DNA from: Octopus vulgaris
Taxonomy: Eukaryota
DNA length: 64,000 bases
Assembly (NCBI GenBank): GCA_951406725.2
Contig: OX597834.1
Span: 45,384,001-45,448,000 of the forward strand
Direction of reading: 5' to 3'
Every line of letters starts with the position of its first letter. The stretch's first letter is position 1. A program made the position numbers and the translations under genes. Of this stretch, positions 58,541 through 64,000 are shown piece by piece. Below the pieces are notes generated by a model that was not told the DNA's origin, did not search any database, and saw only the letters and a program-made list of their open reading frames with translations.

Positions 58541-59699
58541 AAGTACCCTCGAAACATTACAAGGTCTCTGACATTAGTTCGAGACATGAAAGGAGATATC
58601 TTCAAACGGGAAGTCGGGCGGCTCGAATGCTTGCAACAGTGTATTCTCCGTGAAACTTATTCATGACATTTTCCATGAAGTCTAGGTGGCGGTATTAAAC
58701 CCAGCGACGGCGTTTGTCGGCCCTGAAATACGCTATGGTGTAATTATTAGCTCGAAAGTCGATGAAATAATTTACATTTAAGTAATAAGGTCAACCTGAT
58801 CGATTTCAAATTGTGAAAATCTGTGTTACAACTTATCATAATATTCGCGATAGTTTTAATTCTGTCGAGGGATAAGAATTCGCAACACACACACGAAGTT
58901 TAAGATAGCAATCGGCCTTTTTAATGACAGATAAAGCTGTAATGTTAAGCCAATTAATCTATAGACAGCCTATCTTCATACTCATCGTTAAACTTCACTA
59001 TGAAATACAGAAAGTAACGAAGTTTTCCGATTATTCAGTTTATAGTGTTCTATATCACTTAGCGATACTTCTGTTCGTTAATTTACGTGGCGCTTAATAC
59101 GGAAAGATCAATACAATTTCAAGATCAAACAAACATACGTTCAAACGTTTGAATGGAGATAAAGGTAAGTATTTAAATCTAGTTTTCATTTATTCGTTTA
59201 ACAGATAAATTCAGAATTTAATATACGAATTGCTACGATGCGTAATCATTACTCTACGCAGTTTTTACCATCCTATGTTGAGAGAATCGCCTCACACGTC
59301 AATATAAACTATATTGTTACGATTGGAAATTATTTTGTAATAGTAACTCATCGGAATGTTTTCAAAACTACAGTAACTCTAGTCGCACTAACACCACGGG
59401 ATAAGTCACACTCGACATAAACCTAAATCGGTTTTATGTTCACTTAGTTAAGGGAGGAATAGAAATAGTTACGACGTACCCCAAAGTCTTCAAAATTTGT
59501 GATACCAAAGTGGAAATTTTCTGAAATAGAGGCCTCGCCTGAACGGTTACAACGCTGTGAACTCCATTAAAGTATGTTAATGTTTTCAATTGGCATAAGA
59601 ACCTCTTTACTAAGCGATCAGTTAATATCACAGAAATCGGTCACGGTATTTTAGTTAGTGTTGAGATTTGTCAACGATCCCTCTCTAAATTTATTTGCA

Positions 59700-59858
59700 A
59701 TTATATCGACCCAAGTGCGTAACTGGTACTTGTTTAATCGACCAAGAAACGATGAAAGGCAAAGTTGACCTCGGAGGAATTTGAACTCAGAACGTAGCGG
59801 CAGACGAAATACCGTTATACTTTTCGCCCGGCGTGCTAACGATTCTGCCAGCTCGCCA
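59700..59858 (-). mobile_element. SINE family B copy
   Basis: near-consensus head and body. Confidence 0.85.
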
Positions 59859-60699
59859 GCTTCAAAAACGATGATAATAGTAATTGATTGTAACGGAAGT
59901 GTAAGAGCCAAAAATTTGTGGGCGGATAACAGTGAATTTTGTGGGCCGCAGTATTTAAATGTCACTTAATTTTGTCGAACTTTAAAGTACGGACTCTAAA
60001 CTTCTGTGTTGACTAAATTATTAGCCCGGACATCGTGGTTCACAATTTCATTGGGAAACCGCATGGAATGTGTTCGATCTCATTGTGCAGTACCTTTGGC
60101 TAATGTATTCCATCATAACCTCGGATTGATAAATACTTTCAAAATGTGCATAACAACATCGTTCAATATTGCGTTATTATTGATCATTATCGTATTGCAA
60201 TATATTGGTAACATCAGTTAATCTCTGGAAATATTATATCAGAATCTTTATAGGATTTAATGTGACATAAACACCCGGTCATCAATGAATTTGTCAGCGA
60301 GATATTTGTGGGTTTGTAACACAATACGATTCATTACGAGCGATTCGCTCGAGAAACGCATTTCATCGAGTGGTATTTATGAGCCATAATTACCAATTTT
60401 AATTAAAGTACATTAATTACAGTTTAGTCAGATTACTTGATCTTATTCCTTATCAGTAGCGTGTAGTAGATTACTAGAAGCGTTACAGCGTCGGTCAAAA
60501 TGGTGGCTAGTCAAAGTATGCGACTTTTCTAATTTAAATTTCACCCACCCCCTCCGACAAGTAAAAGATCTATGATTCTTGTGCTGATAAAATAATTTAC
60601 TAGTCATATAAGTAGACAAGTCGAATTGAGTTTTGACTTCAAACTTAGCCAAGTATTTCATTCCTCTTACTTTTCTGGTATCAATAAAAGTCTTTCCTA

Positions 60700-61155
60700 T
60701 TCTAGGCACAAGGCCCGAATGTTTGGGGGAGAAACGTCTAGTCGATCAGATCAACCCCATTACGCAACTGGTACTTTATTTATCGACCCCGAAAGGATGA
60801 AAGGCAAAGATGACCTCGGCGGAATTTGGACTCAGAACATAAAGACAGTCGAAATACCTATTTCTTTATTACCCACAAGGGGCTAAACACAGAGGGGACA
60901 AACAAGGACAGACATAGGTATTAAGTCGATTACATCGACCCCAGTGCGCAACTGGTACTTAATTTATCGACCCCGAAAGGATGAAAGGCAAAGTCGACCT
61001 CGGCGGAATTTGAACTCACAACGTAACGCAGACGAAATAGCGCTAAGCATTTCGCCCGGTGTGGTAAGGTTTCTTATTTCTTTACTGCCCACAAGGGGCT
61101 ACACACAGAAGAGACAAACAAGGTGTAGTAACGTATATGCCAGTTCGCCGCCTTT
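60700..61155 (-). mobile_element. tandem SINE family B multimer
   Basis: two bodies joined at 'gaaatacctatttctttattacccacaagggg'; an extra tail fragment at 61070-61120. Confidence 0.85.
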
Positions 61156-61862
61156 TAGATAAAGTGTTGTGCTTATGGTCCTAAACTCGTGGCTCCGATT
61201 ACCGTAACGGTCAGGGCGCAGTATACCTGAACAGCACACAACTTCATCTTACTCTACTCAGCTGTTGAATAATCCTGCGAGAGACTGGCATTCCGATTAA
61301 CGGAAATGTTATAATCTTGGTCTATTATACCTCACGGAAACCGGGTATGAAGCCCTATGAGTTCTAGCAGCTGAGATAGTAAAGATCAGAGTATTGATGA
61401 TGATGATACTTATAAAACTGCGTGCGGATCAAGTACTTCGCGCGATGTTATCCTCAACACCGTGCCTTAAATTTAAGGCTATGAATTTAAGCTAGACATA
61501 AATATGGACGAGGTTTTAGTAGAATCGTCAAATCGTCGGACGATAATGCTTTCTATTTCAAGTTCAAATTGCAGCGAGGTAAGCATGTTGTATCCATCAT
61601 GGAGACGAGTAACAGGAAGTAACGCGTAGGTATTGGAGTTTAATCAAAGTATACTTTTATCTAGGCTATAAATGTATTGTACGTTTTCGGTACAAGTCCC
61701 TTGGCCAACGGACATAAGGTTGGATAACTGTTGCGCTGATAACCATCATTGAGGCAGAAACATGTTTTCATGCGGTATGTTATAACCCCGATCCAATCAA
61801 TGACCTGTAAGTGAATTTGGTAGGCGGAAACTGAGCGTAAGTCTTGGGCATGCATGTGTGTG

Positions 61863-61979
<117 letters not shown>

Positions 61980-62204
61980 GAGCCAAACACTTTATTTCAC
62001 GTTGGTGCACTCAGATGTAGGTATAGGAATGAGCGGCGAGGTTACTAATCCCAAGCTGTATCGGCGTTCGCCTTTCCCTTGGACAACATCGGTGGCATGG
62101 AATTGGGTGGCTGGTATGCAAGGACGACTGTTGGCTTTCCATAAACGACCTTGCTCGGACTTGCACTTTGGAAGCCCTAAAAAATCACTCCATAATTGCC
62201 CACG

Positions 62205-62280
62205 GGCATATGCCGTCGTGGTAAAGAGCGCGGGCCACTAACCCCAAGATTCCGAGTTCGATTCCAAGTAGTGACCTGAG

Positions 62281-62330
<50 letters not shown>

Positions 62331-62525
62331 GTAATAATAATAAGGACATCGGAAAATGCCTTGGGAATGAGAACCCAGGTTCGAAATTTCCCCAAGACAC
62401 CTGAAGAAGGCTGGAGGATATATCAGCCGAAACATTAACAACAAACAAGATGAGGACAAATATCTATCAAATGTAAATAATGTAAATAATGTGCATTATT
62501 CCTCATCTCTTAAATATAGAATTGT
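62205..62525 (+). mobile_element. chimeric element: tRNA-like head, (TAA)n, then a hammerhead-bearing Penelope-like tail
   Basis: B box 'gagttcgattcc' ~62254; CTGAAGA-a-ggctg...cagcc-GAAAC at 62401-62433. Confidence 0.6.
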
Positions 62526-62901
62526 AAGAATTTCAGAGATAAATATTTTCTGGTGGCGTAACTGCCAAATAACATTCGGAAAATGTCGATAGCTTATTTC
62601 GGAATAAGAAAAGGAATCTCCAGTGTGATTGTCTACATTTGTATACAATTGATTTATAGATATTTCTCTTCTCTATAGTAAAGAAAACTTGATTAGACGA
62701 AATAAATAAGAATGATATTAATAATAAAACTATTATTATTATTACTAATGATAAACCTGAATAACTGAATCATATATGTGAATGTCAAGAGATTTTCCTA
62801 GCATTATTTACCTCATTACGTCTCTAAATATCATCCATCGTATAAGCTGGAAATCATATTCAATATATTGAAATATATTCTTTGAATGGCATTACTTCAG
62901 C

Positions 62902-63172
<271 letters not shown>

Positions 63173-63696
63173 ATTAAGAAGTAGAATTTTAATAAAAATA
63201 AACAGCGTCGTATTAAATAAAATATTTGTTAGATAACATCATTGGCCTTATATGACGTTCAGTGAGAGAAAAAAGTGAAGTTCTAAACAAGCCAGTTAAT
63301 TGCGATTCTTTGTTTACTTTCTTCGTAAACACCCGCCAAGGTTTCAATTTTCGTTCATGAAATTCTTTCTTATTTATGTACGAGATGAGTGTGGAGGCGC
63401 AATGGCCCAGTGGTATCACAATGAACAAAACCATGTTACAGAGCAGGAAACTTATTAGCTAACCCTAACCCTACCTACATGTCCATGTCTGACATGGGAG
63501 AGAGCAATGATACTAAACTGTAATTATACAAAAACTGGAAACAAAAGCGGAATGGTCACGATTCGAACACTTTTTAAAAGATAATCATTGGAGAGACGAA
63601 AAAGGAAAAATACTATCAGACGATATTTGGCTTTATCACATTTACGAATTCATACTTTACGCTCCAGGTTGAAATTCAAATTATTTTATAAAGGAA

Positions 63697-64000
63697 TTTG
63701 GCTATACGGTATGGAGTTTACTTCTCAACCACACGGTTCCAGGTTCAGTCCCACTGCATGGTACCTTGAGTGAGTATCTCTTACGATAGCTTCGGGGCGA
63801 CCAAAGCCCTGTGAGTGGATTTGCTAGATGGAAACCAAATAAAGCGCGTGTGTGTGTGAGAGAGAGCTTTTGTGTTTGTGTCTGCCCTTCTCCCATCACC
63901 GCTTGACAACTGATGTTGGTGTGTTTACGTCTCCGTACATTGGGTGTTCGACAAATCAACCCGATAGAATAAATACTAGACTTTAAAAAATATAATCCTA
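63697..64000 (+). mobile_element. SINE family A copy running off the window end
   Basis: 'ggttcagtcccactgcatggtaccttg', 'gcttgacaactgatgttggtgtgtttacgtc'. Confidence 0.8.

Noticed and set aside
63460-63475. Telomere-like (CCCTAA) repeat
   Set aside because: Only about two units, compatible with chance.

Overview
AT-rich eukaryotic non-coding DNA packed with microsatellites. The SINE families and (TA)n/(TAA)n/(GATA)n load suggest an octopus/coleoid cephalopod genome (inferred from recalled repeat families, not from a search). I cannot support any intact host protein-coding gene: nearly all long ORFs in the track are microsatellite or SINE read-throughs. Contents: (1) two abundant tRNA-derived SINE families and a rarer third; (2) five decayed R4/Dong-like RLE retrotransposon fragments, sense-oriented beside (TAA)n/(GAT)n tracts, plus a ~555-bp non-coding insert in TAA repeat; (3) a possible HERO-like fragment; (4) two Tc1/mariner remnants and a hAT MITE with an 8-bp TSD; (5) three diverged ~0.8-1 kb non-coding duplicates at 4.3-9.3 kb. 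The most striking feature is two adjacent perfect palindromes (37834-37935, 37988-38145). Each carries a nearly canonical type-I hammerhead ribozyme on both strands. Further degenerate hammerhead or palindrome units lie at ~1.15, 50.8, 51.1 and 62.4 kb. Coordinates of decayed repeats are approximate.
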